From: Paraspadella gotoi
Taxonomy: Eukaryota; Animalia; Chaetognatha
DNA: 59,540 bases
Direction of reading: 5' to 3'
Assembly: GCA_051294375.1 (NCBI GenBank)
Contig: JBJCIZ010000523.1
Location: 1-59,540, forward strand
Made by a program: the position numbers and the translations under genes. Positions 1 to 12,600 of this stretch are shown here, piece after piece (positions within the stretch are counted from its first letter, which is position 1; every line of letters begins with the position of its first letter). The notes under the pieces were generated by a model. It made no database searches. It saw only the letters and a list, made by a program, of their open reading frames with translations, and was not told the DNA's origin.

Positions 1-196
1 TAATTATTAAAATTGATATCATTTAAAATTACATATTTTTTAAAAAAATTTCTTGTTTTGCTTTTTAATATTTATATTTACTAATATGTTTTAAAGGAAT
101 ATGTTTCTAAAACTACAATATGCAAATACAATTTTATCATATTTTGCTTGGTCAATTGGTTGGTTTCCTCATTTCTCAAGATAACTCCTTTTTTAA

Positions 197-478
197 NNNN
201 NNNNNNNNNNNNNNNNNNNNNNNNNNNNNNNNNNNNNNNNNNNNNNNNNNNNNNNNNNNNNNNNNNNNNNNNNNNNNNNNNNNNNNNNNNNNNNNNNNNN
301 NNNNNNNNNNNNNNNNNNNNNNNNNNNNNNNNNNNNNNNNNNNNNNNNNNNNNNNNNNNNNNNNNNNNNNNNNNNNNNNNNNNNNNNNNNNNNNNNNNNN
401 NNNNNNNNNNNNNNNNNNNNNNNNNNNNNNNNNNNNNNNNNNNNNNNNNNNNNNNNNNNNNNNNNNNNNNNNNNNNNN
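197..478. other. Assembly gap (282 N)
   Basis: Run of N seen directly. Confidence 0.99.
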
Positions 479-507
479 GTAATCAATTTGTAAAAAAAAA
501 TTGTCAG

Positions 508-652
508 GTAATGCATTTAAACTGTATTTTTATCTCTCTCTCTGTCTTTCTTTTTTTCTCTCTCTCTCTCTCTGTAGATAGACTTGGCTCTCCCGCGTCC
601 ACAGGTAGGAATGGCTCCGTCTGATGCAGCCGGAGGGCTCAACTGCATCTGA
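508..652 (+). other. Possible 70-bp intron (508-577) plus short terminal exon (578-652)
   Basis: CAG|GTAATG donor, long CT-rich tract and TGTAG| acceptor. Phase-0 translation is IDLALPRPQVGMAPSDAAGGLNCI*, with AATAAA at 701-706. The upstream part is lost in the gap and the peptide is not recognisable. Confidence 0.3.
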
Positions 653-1047
653 CAAGACTCCCGAACGTCGTATATAACAGGAGATCTTTCAAAAGCAAAT
701 AATAAAAAGGTCGAATCGTAAAATAAATATAATATAAATGTAATAAAAATGTAAGTCAGAAGAAAATCCAGCGTAAATCAAACATAAATCCAGCAAAAAA
801 TCGTACAGAAAATCTCTGAAGAAAATAACGGCGTCCGTAGAAAAGTCATAAGAAAATAGTTGATATTCCAGAGAAAATCGTAAGGAATCGTAATAAAAGT
901 GACTGAAGTTGGTCTGTCTGAGCTTTTCCTAGAGAACTATGAGAGAGAGTCGTACGGTTAACCATGGTCCGGTCGATCGGTCAGTCCGTCGGCCTCAGTT
1001 GTCTTCGTCTCTGTCGCCGTCTCCGTCGGTCTCGTGCCTTTCTCTTC

Positions 1048-1060
1048 ACTCTCTCTCTCT

Positions 1061-1118
<58 letters not shown>
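1048..1118. repeat. (CT)n microsatellite
   Basis: Seen directly. Similar tracts lie at 32214-32270 and many other GA/CT runs. Confidence 0.97.
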
Positions 1119-1120
<2 letters not shown>

Positions 1121-1627
1121 GAATATAAGTTTTTTATTCAGTTAGTTGATTCATTGATTGATTGATTTATTGATTAAAATGATGACAAAGAGGATATGAT
1201 ATTAGACAAGACACGATAACAAGACAACAAATATCCCCAAACAATGAAAATAAAAACAAGTTTGAGCAAACTTGATAATCTAGGAGGTCTGATGGGTTTA
1301 CTGGATGATATTCTTTCTCCATTAAAACTGAAAATAACGAAAATCCGTTTTAACACTATATCACTGTATATCCTCAGCACCGCTTGACAGTTTCAAACTT
1401 CAAGGCACCTGATCGCGACGGCTCCTCTTCTTCGTCCGTCTTAAACTCATTACGCCCGTCGCCTTGGCTCCTGTGTTACTCCTCAACTACCTCCTCTCCT
1501 CCGCTCGTCGAAAAATGACCTCGAATGATCAAAATAGCTTAATCAGTGATATGGGTAAACAAAAACTAAATGTTTTTTTCAATTCCAGCAAGAACAAAAT
1601 TGAATGAAAATACAAAGACCCGTCCAT

Positions 1628-2262
1628 TAAGGCGTAGTAAAATTTCTAAATTTAACCTTAATTAAAACTTCTAAAAAGTGAGGAACGAACACAATTATAC
1701 TAATGAACACTTTATGTTTATAAAACAAAATTATATAATACATTTTAACAATTTATGCAGTAAGGCCATATTATACTAGTAACTAAATCAATAATGCTTT
1801 AAAATTTCAAACAGTTTTTTTAAAGGCATTTTTTTGCAGATTTGGATTTCGTCATGAAAAAGTTGATAAAAAGGAAATATAACTCTTTTTAAAAAATTCT
1901 TCATTAAGTGGGCAAAAATTAGAAAAAAAACTATATTTAAGCTGAAAATGAACTTTTTTATTATTAAATATAGTTTGTTTGTAAATTTTCAACCCACTTT
2001 AATGAAAGAATTTTAAAATAATTTATGATTTTCTTTATCACTTTTGACGTAGGATATAATCAAATCTGCAATCAAAATTAAAAAAGCCTAATTTTGAAAT
2101 TTTTTCGATTTTATAAGGATAGTACTATATATAAATATAGCCTACTGCGAAAAATTAAAAAACATAAAATTAATTTTTTTACAAATTAATGTTCACTGAT
2201 TGGTAGTATTGTTCATAATTGACCTTTAGAATTTTCGTAGCATAACTTTCACTACGGCCTTA
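1628..2262. mobile_element. hAT-type MITE, family A, copy 1
   Basis: Termini TAAGGCGTAGTAAAA ... TTTCACTAC(G)GCCTTA, flanked by CCGTCCAT / CCG(G)TCCAT (8-bp TSD with one extra base). The body is an imperfect palindrome. YARNG termini plus an 8-bp TSD are established hAT hallmarks. Noisy duplicate at ~22991-23625. Confidence 0.85.
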
Positions 2263-2514
2263 CCGGTCCATGTGACCATCGACTCAAATGCGGAAACAAT
2301 TTTCGCGCTAAAACAATAAAACCGCGCCAATAAAACTCACTTATCTGTCATCGTTAGGAGTTAAGACGAGGCGTATTTACGAGAGAGTGTATCTATCTAT
2401 CTAATCTATCTAATCTATCTATCTCTATTTAAGAGAGAGCGTATCTATCCTCGCCCAATAAGTTCTGGAATTTGATTCATCGCTTCAACCTCCAGGAACG
2501 CCCTCAGTGAGGGC

Positions 2515-3188
2515 TAAGGCGTAGTAAAATTTCTAAATTTAACTTTAATTAAAATTCTAAAAGTGAGGAACGAACAATATTATACTAATGAACATTTATG
2601 TAATAAAAAAAATTATAATAAATTTTACAATTTACGCAGTAGGCCATATTTATACTAGTACTAAACCAATAAATGTTAAAATTTCAAAACATTTTTTTTT
2701 AAGATTTTTTTGCAGATTTGGATTCGTCATATCAACTTTAGACGAGGAATTCAAATCTGCAATCAAAATTAAAAAAGCCTATTTTGAAATTTTTGATTTT
2801 ATAATATCCTTATAAAATCGAAAAATTTCAAAATAGGCTTTTTTTAATTTTGATTGCAGACTTGAATTCCTCGTCAAAAGTTGATATATGAAAATATAAA
2901 TCATTTTTAAAAATTATTTCATTAAGTGGGTTAAAAATTAAAAAAAACTATATTTAATATCTAAAAAGTTAATTTTCAGCTTCAAAGATAGCTTATTCTA
3001 ATTTTTGACCCACTTAATGAAGGAATTTTTCAAAAAGAGTTTTATTTCTTTTTACCAACTTTTTATGACGAAAACTGCGAAAATTAAAAAATATAAAATT
3101 AATTTTTTTTACAAATTAATGTTCACTGATGGTATGTTGTTTATAATTGACTTTTAGAATTTTCGTATGTAACTTTCACTACGCCTTA
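2515..3188. mobile_element. hAT-type MITE, family A, copy 2 (internally rearranged)
   Basis: TIR TAAGGCGTAGT(A/G)AAA at both ends. Perfect 8-bp TSD GTGAGGGC at 2507-2514 and 3189-3196. Confidence 0.93.
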
Positions 3189-3221
3189 GTGAGGGCCCCT
3201 CTCACGCTAACACACGTAGAC

Positions 3222-4055
3222 TAGGGCGTTGAAAAATAACAAAATATTACAAATCAAGTGAGGTACATAGCTATTTTAATGTAATAAAGTCTGTAGAATT
3301 CGATGATGATAACCATTTTTCGTATAGTCTCATCTTCTTTGTCGGGAATGGCGATTTTTGTACAAATTTTATATTTTATTAATAGTTTGTTAGCTACATT
3401 TATTCATAAATAATAATAAAAAATAAGCAAAAGTGAAAAACTTAAAAAATTTAAATTTTTAAACCTTACAAAAAGTTGATATAAGAAAGTATAATCCATT
3501 TTAAAAAATTCTTTTATTAAGTAGGTTAAAAATATTAAAAACAATTATTTTTGTTTAATTTTTTAATGTTTGGCTTAAAGTTATAGTTTTTTCTGAATTT
3601 TGACCAACTTAATGACATAATTTTGATAGAAAAATTAGATTTTCTTATATCAACTTTTTGCAAAGAATGCAAATCCATTAAAAAAATTTTGAAATTATTA
3701 TTTTTTAACTTTAACCTAATTTTTATTCATAATTATTAATAAATATAGTTAGCTAACTTTTTATAAAACATAAAATTTAGAAATAAACTTACCAAAATAT
3801 TTTTATATTTATATTTTTATATTTCAAAAGCTCATATAAATTTTATAAAATTTTAATAATTTGATTTATCATAACTTATAATGGTTTTGCTATTTTATAA
3901 CAATTTTATATACATTAAGAACCGTCATTTTCGACAAGAAAGATAAAGTTATACAAAAAAATGGTCATCACCATCAAATTCTACAGACTACATTACACTA
4001 AAATATCTTTGTACCTCTCTTGATTTGTTATATTTTGTTATTTTTCAACGCTCTA
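3222..4055. mobile_element. hAT-type fold-back MITE, family B
   Basis: TAGGGCGTTGAAAAATAACAAAATA ... TATTTTGTTATTTTTCAACGCTCTA, with inverted similarity extending more than 130 bp. Perfect 8-bp TSD ACGTAGAC at 3214-3221 and 4056-4063. Duplicate at ~24976-25819. Confidence 0.93.
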
Positions 4056-5221
4056 ACGTAGACCGAGTTTCGCAAACGCAAGCAGTTTTTCTAAGGTTGA
4101 CGCGCATTGGTGATGGTCTAATCGCTAGACTTTCTCTACACAGACCTAAATTATGCGTCCTTAATAGACGAACGTTGGTTCCCATTCTTTCTCTCTCTCT
4201 TCCCTTGAAGCGGAATCGCCATAAGAAAAATGTCATGAGGGATGAAGGAGCACCAGCCGCGCAAATCATGTCGGGGATCGCGCGGACAGAGAGAGAGAGA
4301 GAGAATGGCCGGAACATAGAGAAGCCTCCTCTCTAGACGAAGCTGCGGGGGCGTCGCAAGGTCGGGGGGAGGGGTCAAAGGTCATCGGGGTTGAATTGAT
4401 AACCAGTTGAGTCTTTCGGGGGCCGAGAGGGTTGGACATTGCGGTTAATGGCTGGTTTCAGCCGAAGTCCGGTGGTTAAAATGCTCAAGGCACATAGTTT
4501 CGTGATTGGGGAGTTTTTCTGATATTTGATACATTAAATAAAATCATTAAGTAACGTTTTTCAATTTTGTGCAGTTATTAAAAAAACCGTTCAGCATTTA
4601 ACTAGACACTTTCAAATTGTCTATCGCCTAAAATTTTTTTGCTCTAGAAAATGTAAGGAAAAAAAGTAATGTCGAGGGAAGCGGATGTGTTTTGTCAAAT
4701 CTTTCCGTCGGGGGAAGTGAGTTGGCGAAAGTGACGTTGGGACTTTGTTTATTCCAACCGTTTATGTTTTTTTCTCTCTCTTTGTGAGGGGCAGGGTTGA
4801 GAAGCCTTTCGATGGATGTTTGCTTTTTCTAAAACTTCCATTTCAGGCCCTTATTATTCTTTTTTTCTTTCTCGGTTTTTTGGGCAAAAATGTTAAATCA
4901 TTTTTCTGAATGTTGTACCGGTTTTGAGCTAATGGTACCCACTTCTAAAGAAAGTGAACGTCAATAATTTAAGCGGGGTTTGTTTAAAAAATATTTTTTT
5001 AGGCATACAGTTTGGCAGCTTAGTTTTTATTTTCAACCAGATTTTGGACAGCTTAAAAAGAAAGAAAAACTTTACTTTTCTTAATTTTCTTTTTTTCCGT
5101 TTAATTTTTAATATTACTCAGTATCTAAACATTCAACAAATTTTTCAAGAAACATCTACCATTTCTTCCCTCATTTTTCCTCGACTTCGTTTTTATTTCA
5201 CGCCGCGAGCTTTTCCTCCCC

Positions 5222-5405
5222 TTTTTTAGTCGGGTCTGCTTAAAAGCAGATCCCGACTCTACAATTCACTTTGTCGGTCCGTCGGTCCGCCCCCTCAATG
5301 TTATCGGGCAACCACATATATCATATCAGAATATCAAATTATGATAAATTATGCAAAAAAAAACGTTGTCCGTCCATCTGTCTGTCTGTCTGTCTGTGTC
5401 TGTCA

Positions 5406-5440
<35 letters not shown>

Positions 5441-8400
5441 CTGTTGTCTGTCCGTCCGTCCGTCCCATCTTAGAAAAACTCCAATTACTCGTGATTGGAT
5501 GGATGGATTTGAATGAAATTTTGTGTGTGGGTAGGGAAGTGTTTGATTAAGCGGGAAATCAAGTTTCGACGGATCGTCAGAGTGGAAATGAGTTTAAGAC
5601 GCAGAGACAGATTACGACTTAATCTGCTTCCACCCTACTTATGATCATTTTTACTTCACTGGTACTCGGAGTGTCAACCGCCCACAAGAAGGCAAAAGGG
5701 TTAAGGAAAAGAAGAAATATTGACAAAAAGTCAGAAAAATGCTTACTAAAAACTGTAGTAGCGTTATGTTAATAGCCTTGGTTACTTACAAATATACATA
5801 ATGATCTTTCACAATAAGATATTCATAATCAACAGAAAAAGAGCAATATTTCAGACCTATTATTAAATAATTTTTATCTGGGAATAGTAACAAAATATGC
5901 AAATAGAATTATGATACTAGAATTACAAAAAATTTTGTCTTTTTATCTATATTTGAACTTGTTTGTTGTAGTAGACCCATCATCATCAACAGCAAAGATT
6001 TTCAAAAAGATTTTTCAAAAGAGCAATCTTTTGCCTATATGCATGATAAATTGAGCTGCTTAATATCAAGAATAATATGTTTATTAAGTTTTAATTATTG
6101 AAAAAGATAGAATAATTCAATTTTCGAAAAAACATTTTTGTGTTCAGAATTTAGATCTAGACCAAAATTTTGAATTTTGAAAAATATCAGATTCAAGGCA
6201 TTCGGTTTTGGAAACAATATGATGTTTTTCGTTTTTTGATATTTTTTTTATGCAAAAACTAAAAATTCTGAATGACCATCTGGTCAAGTCGTATATTTTT
6301 CCAAATCTTTAAAGAAGTAAAGCTTTGCTCAAATTGAGAATATTAGATGTTTTTAAAAAAAATGATAAAAGCTTAAAATAAAATTTAAAATATATGTTTG
6401 TATTTTGTATTTATTTAAAATTGTAATATGATAAACTTGCAGTGGGTCAAGCTTTTTGTTTCTAGTTAAAAATAATGAAAAATGATTCTTGTTTTTTTAA
6501 CCAGAAAAAGGTAGACAACAAAACTGTTTATATTAAACTGAAAATAAGTTTTAATTTATAATTTTACATATTTAAATAACATTTTATTTACGACTACTAT
6601 ATGTATTTTTTCTTTATTTTTACTTTAACTAAAAAATACATGCAAATTTATGGAGTAAAGAAATTTATTGGTAATACAAAATGTAATTCAGTCTTTTACC
6701 TTTTTCCAAATTCGAGGAAGAAAACAAGAAAACATTCATATGCCTTCATTAAAAATTTTTAACTCCGAAAAACTGTTATACTTTTAACTAGGTTTTAAAC
6801 CAAATCCTGTCTTAACATATTGTGATAAAATGTTGATAGGAAAACATATGTTGTGCGAGACAGCAAGAGGTTAGAGAGCCGACTGCATGATGTTAGGGCC
6901 TTTATATTGATACCCATCGCCAACCATCCCTATCTCTTTTCTTTCAAACGTTATGCAAAAGAATAACTTTTTTATCATCGGAGAACTAAGCGATTTGAAT
7001 TACGCAGTACAAATCTTTGTTAAATAAAAATTTCGGCAAAGCGGGAGTATCTCAATTTATCCTATTTGGTATTATACCTAAATTTAAAAAAAAGTCTAAA
7101 GAAAAATTTTTTATCATCTAGAGACATATCAATTTCAGTTGTACCCGTCATCTTACTCGTTTATGGCTTATGGTTTAAGAATGCAGAGAAACCAAGTATC
7201 TAGTCCAAATTTCAACTTTTACACTGTATTTTACTGTATAATTCTGGCGCGAATCATATTTTGCATGTATTTGTCCAGCATAACTGTCAGGGAAGGGATG
7301 GCTTGTTAGTAACAAATAGTCAGACAAAGTAAATTCAATGACCGATAATTTTTTTTCGGGTGCACATGAAATTAAGCGTGATCTGTCTCTGCGTCTTAAA
7401 TGGGAAAAAAACAAAAAAACCTGTTTCAATAATTGTTTTAATGCTTTTTTTTCTTTATAATAAATGTTAAATGCAAGATGTATAATTAATCAAATAATTA
7501 ATCAGTTAAATAATCAATTAATTAAATAATAAAAATTAATTAATCAGTCCAATAATCAATTAATTATTATAAATCAATCATATTATCTATACAATTAATT
7601 ATTTAACTTTTATCAATCACATCATAGTGCAATCATTATCGGCATCATGTCGCCTGTCACCAATATCGTCGATCGATTGCTTTTGCTCGTGTATAGTGAC
7701 GAAAAAGCACCTAAAATCAAACAACATTATCGATTAACATTAATTTATATTTTATTATTAACTCGCTAATGATCCGTGCGAGTAAAAATGAGTCTTAAAT
7801 GAAAAACAAAAGTCATATTTACTGTAGAGACATTTCTTATTATATTTACTTATAAATTATATATTTCGATAATAAATTGGATATATAAATTGAAAATCGA
7901 AATTTTGTGTTTGTAGGAAACTATATACTTGCTGGATATAAAGTTTGATGGAATCGTCGGATGAAAAAAGAGTTTTAAAAACAGAAACCCAACAATACAC
8001 ATTCTATGTCAATTATAAAAAGTTTCTCTTTATCTCCTCTGATTATTGATGAATAGATTGAAATTGACCAATTTGCCAAGTTGACCAAACTTTTGCAGTG
8101 GAGAAAATATTTTCATTGACCAAAAATGCCAGTTTGACAAAATTAACGGACATTTACCCGAATTATAGGCAAGTTAAACCAACTTATGCCAGTGACCAAC
8201 ATGATGCCAGTGACCACAATTATGGCAGTTGATCAAATATATGCCAGTCGACCCACCTTTTGCAATTGAACCAAATTATACCTTAAGTTGAAAAAATCCA
8301 GTTGACCAATAAGCTGAGTAAAATTTCTAAAATTACTTATTAAGGGACAAAACAATACAATGAACATTTAGTAATAAAAAATTAGTATTAATAAATTTAC

Positions 8401-9636
8401 AATTTACGCCCGTAAGTCCATATCTTATACTAGTGACTAAACTCAATAAATGTAATTTCAAAACAGTTTTTTCTAAGATTTTTTGCAGATGTGAATTTCA
8501 TAAAAAGTTGATAAAAAAGAAACTATTAACTTATTTTTGAAAAATTCTTTTATATATTGTTGTCAAAAATAAAAAAAGATATATTTTAAGCTGAAAATTA
8601 ACTTCTTTATTATTAATATAGTTTTAACATTTTTAACCTAATAAAATATTTTTTAATTTTTTATCTTTATCAACTTTTATGACGAGGAATTCAAATCTGC
8701 CATCAAAATCAAGAAAAAGCCTAGTTTTTGAAACTTTTTCCGATTTATAAGGATAGTATTACAATATATAAATTATAGCACTACTGCAAAAATTAAACAA
8801 TACAAAATTTTTTTTTTACAAATTATATAGTTCACTATGTATCGTTGTTCATGATTGACTCTTTAGAATTTTGATGTAACTTTCACTATCGCCTCTTATT
8901 ACCAAAATTATGCATTGACCAAAATTATGGCCTGTGACATATTATATCGGCTTGACCAATATTATGTCTGTTGACCAAATTATGCCAGTTGGCACCAAAT
9001 ATGCAAGTTGATTAATTATGCAAGTTGAACGCAAATTATGGCAGTTGACCTAATTATATCAGTTGACAATTAAAGAATGTTTACCAAATTAATGCCCGTT
9101 GACCAATTCAATGCCAGTTGACCAAATTATAAGTGCCAGTTGACCAAATTCTAACATCATTGACCATATTATACAATTGACCAAATTATGCCCTGTTGAC
9201 AAACTTATGCGCCAGATGACCAATTAAGTCAATTCGACCTAAATTATGCCAGTTTACATCACTTGACCATATTCATAATAAATAATACCAATTGACCAAA
9301 TTAGTGCCCTGTTGACCCAAATTTATGCCAGATGACCAAATTATGTCAATTGACCAAATTGATGCAGTTTTGATTTAATTATGCAAGTTTGATTAAATTA
9401 TGAAATTTGACCAAATTATCAAGCTTAGTATTGCACAGCTACTGGTAATGATTGATAGATCAATTGATCTTATAGATTTTTTTCATAGATTTATTAAGAA
9501 GGGGTGTCTGTTATGTATTTGTTAAAATCAACAAATGGAGACTCAGAAAAATTACGCATGAATCTTTATCACGGATTAGCTTATTACCGCTTAATTATCG
9601 TCGGCAGATCCGACATTGTTTTGCTCGAACTTGTTT
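5222..9636 (+). mobile_element. Helentron-associated non-autonomous element (HINE/DINE-1-like), copy in block A
   Basis: T-run, 5' hairpin AGTCGGGTCTGCT-TAAA-AGCAGATCCCGACT, (TCTG/TCCG)n microsatellite at 5370-5464, 3' subterminal inverted repeat (subTIR) GCAGATCCGAC at 9604-9614, and end AACTTG|TTT. No TSD. This layout matches DINE-1/HINE elements. Confidence 0.75.
5598..7395. mobile_element. Kolobok-like non-autonomous DNA transposon nested in the HINE
   Basis: ~25-bp TIR GACGCAGAGACAGAT(T/C)ACG(A)CTTAAT, with TTAA on both sides (5594-5597, 7396-7399). A TTAA TSD with RR..YY termini fits Kolobok rather than piggyBac (CC..GG). Removing it restores the host repeat GAGTTTAAATGG. Confidence 0.82.
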
Positions 9637-12600
9637 CCCTCCGCGAATATCCGAATATCCCCGCGAGTGTGACTTACGATTCTCAGGTCGCCAGATCCCC
9701 TACGCATTTGCCATGTTCAGCCTTTTTTTGCTTTAAAACTGGGCGAATTCCTATGATGCGGCATGATCTTGGAAGGGGAGATGGTGGGAGAAAGGAAGAA
9801 CGGGGGAGAAGAGAGGAGGGGCGGAGCCAAGATATATTGCAATAGAATCGGGAAAGGGGTTTTTGCAGAAGGTGAAAAAAAAAAATCGGAAGAAAACGGT
9901 TTAAACACGCCACGAATCATGGGGAAAGGAAATCGTTAATTCCAGTGCATTACTTCCCTCATTTGGCGAGTTTTTTCGCCATTTTGATTTGGAGGGGTTT
10001 AAGCTTGCGGACTAGTGAACGCGTTTTACTCTTTTGAATAAAATTTGTTTAAAAACCGTTTAACGTTTCACGTTTTAGTAAAACAAGTAATTTTCTTTAA
10101 TTTATCCACTCGTCACTCGCATACTCTTACCTTCTTTTTTTTTACTTGTCGACTTCTTTATTTTCACATTTTTCAACAATTTCTTTCCCGTTCTCGTTAA
10201 TTTTCTCGCAATTTTTTCTACGTTCCTTAATTTTCCCATTTTTTTTCCCTTTTTTCTCTCAATTTCTTAATTTTAATTTTTTCCCTTCTGAATTAATTTT
10301 AAACTTTTCCTTAATTTTTTCCTCCGGTCGCTTTAAACTCATTGTGTTATTTTTCGAGCAAATTTTGTCAAAATTTTCTTGCTTTGCCTCCACTCACACA
10401 CCAAATTTCCTTCCACCAAAATCTTCAATACGCATTTCCACCTAAGTCTTTGCCTTTAACCCTTCAAATATCGCCATTCGGCCAGGAAAGCCGGCCGTAA
10501 TTCTTTCTTTCGCAACTCTTGATTTTCCGGCCGTCTTTTGTCGACGTCCGGTTGATTTCAATGAAAAGTCAGTCATTGTAGTAAGCAGAGCGGCCGAGAC
10601 GAGACGACGACATGACAAAAGGACGACCAGAAAATGATAAACTAGAATGACATCGACGAGAAACAAGTGACTTTTACAGTACTGTTTAGTTCTCTCTGGC
10701 TCCTCTCGCTCCGTCTCTCCTCTCCCCACGCGTCTCTCTCGTCTCATCTCTTCAATTCTCTCTCTCTCTCTCGACTTTTCATGTAAAAACGTGTAAACTT
10801 CGGCAAACAACTTTTTCAATATAAAAAGAATGAAGGTCTTAAAAACCTCCGGCAAAGGACTTTTTTATGTAAAAAGATATATATGTTCAAAGCAAACAAA
10901 CGCGGCGACTTTTCCTTTGTAAATAAAAATGATTTAAGCAACAACCCGATAACTACTTTGTTGGCAATTTAAAAGAGATAAAAACGTTAAAAACTCCGGC
11001 AAACGACTTTTTTAATGTCAAAAGAGATCAAAACGTTAAACCCAACTCCAGAAACGACTTCCTTTGTAAAAAATCAAAAAAACGTTAGAAACACCGACAA
11101 ACGACTATTTCAATGTAATAAGAACTAAAACGTTAAATAATACACGCATCAGACGACTATTCAAGTATTTAAAAAGAGATTAAACATTACAAAAACACCA
11201 GAAACGGACTTTTTAAAATTAAAAAGAGAAAACTTGTTAAAACGAACCGGCAAACATTTTATCTAAATGTAAAAAGATCTAAAAACGTTAAAATACCGGA
11301 AAACGATTTTTCCCTTTGTAAATAACTTCGGCAACAAACTTTTTCAAATATAAAAAAAGATGTAAGGTTAAAAACTCTGGACAAACGACCGCAATAATGT
11401 AAAAAGAGATCAAACTATTTAAAAACACCATACAAAAACCTTAAATACACCCGGCAGACGATTTTCCTAGTATAAAAAGGGGATAAAAACTTTTAAAAAC
11501 CGGCCGAAACAATTAACCTATGTAATAAAAATCTAAAAAACGTTAAAAACACCGGAAACGACTTTTTCCCTTTGTAAAAAAGAGATGAAAATGTTAAACA
11601 AAAAGTAACGACTTTTCCAATGTAAAAACACGATAAAAACCGTTAAAACTTCGGCAAACACCTATTTCAATTATAAAAGAGATGAAAAGGATTAAAAACA
11701 ACCGCAAACGACTTTTTCCTATGGTAAAAAGACGACGAACGACGAATATAATAACGAAGACGGACGAACGAAGTCTTTTGTACTTTGGTCACACCGGCAT
11801 CAAAAGGTTAAAAACAGGGAAAACGACTTTCAATGTTAAAAACAGATAAAAACGTGTAAAAACTTTCGGCAAACCCACTTTTTCAAAAAAAAAAAGAGAT
11901 GAAAAGGTAAAAAACAACGGCAAAGGATTTTTTTAATGTAAATAGATATCAAACAACGTTAAGAAACAAAATTCCGGAAAAACGACTTTTCTTTTTGTAC
12001 ATGGTGTTCACCTAGCGCCGGTAAAAAAAACGGCTGTCCATTTTTGCAAAACTAGATGTGTGGTGTGTAGGGGTATTTCATTGAAATTTTTTAAAAATTA
12101 GTTGAGGTAGAAACCTATTAAAGTCATTTATGTGTTCAAATTTTTATATTGAATCAGTTAAGATATGCCTTTGCACAATGAGTGGAGAAAGTTGGCTTTT
12201 AATTTTAAATCAGGTTTTCATTTTCCAAACTCGCTGTTTAATTCTTTTTTTTTCAAACTTTTAGCACCTTTTTATAACAAAGTATTTATTAAAGATATTA
12301 ACAATATTAATATCCCTCAGAAAGCCCCTGAAAAGAAATGAAGAGAATAATGATGATACTTAGTGCCAGAGAGCATCTAACCATAAAAATTAATGCTGCC
12401 CAACCTTGGTTCAATTAAGAGAGTCCAAAAGTTAATTATCTAAATTCTTTAAATCTCTTTTTTAAAATATATGACTGATGTTAAATAATTAGGTTATAAC
12501 ATAAATATTATTATTATATAAGTATCATGAAAGGAAAGCGCGCACGCCCTGGAATGAAAAGGAGATTTACAGAGTGTAGCGCTCGTCGCACATCAAAATT

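Noticed and set aside
120-624. ORFs 120-482, 148-624 and 193-516
   Set aside because: They run through the N gap.
619-653. CTGATGCAG..CTGCATC hairpin as a hammerhead or terminator
   Set aside because: It lacks the CUGANGA/GAAA core and a U-tract, and a short stem like this is expected by chance.
4025-4378. Overlapping GC-rich ORFs (also 25919-26208, 9504-9920, 31142-31547)
   Set aside because: Reading frames are not conserved between the two blocks, they include (GA)n translations, and no motif is recognisable.
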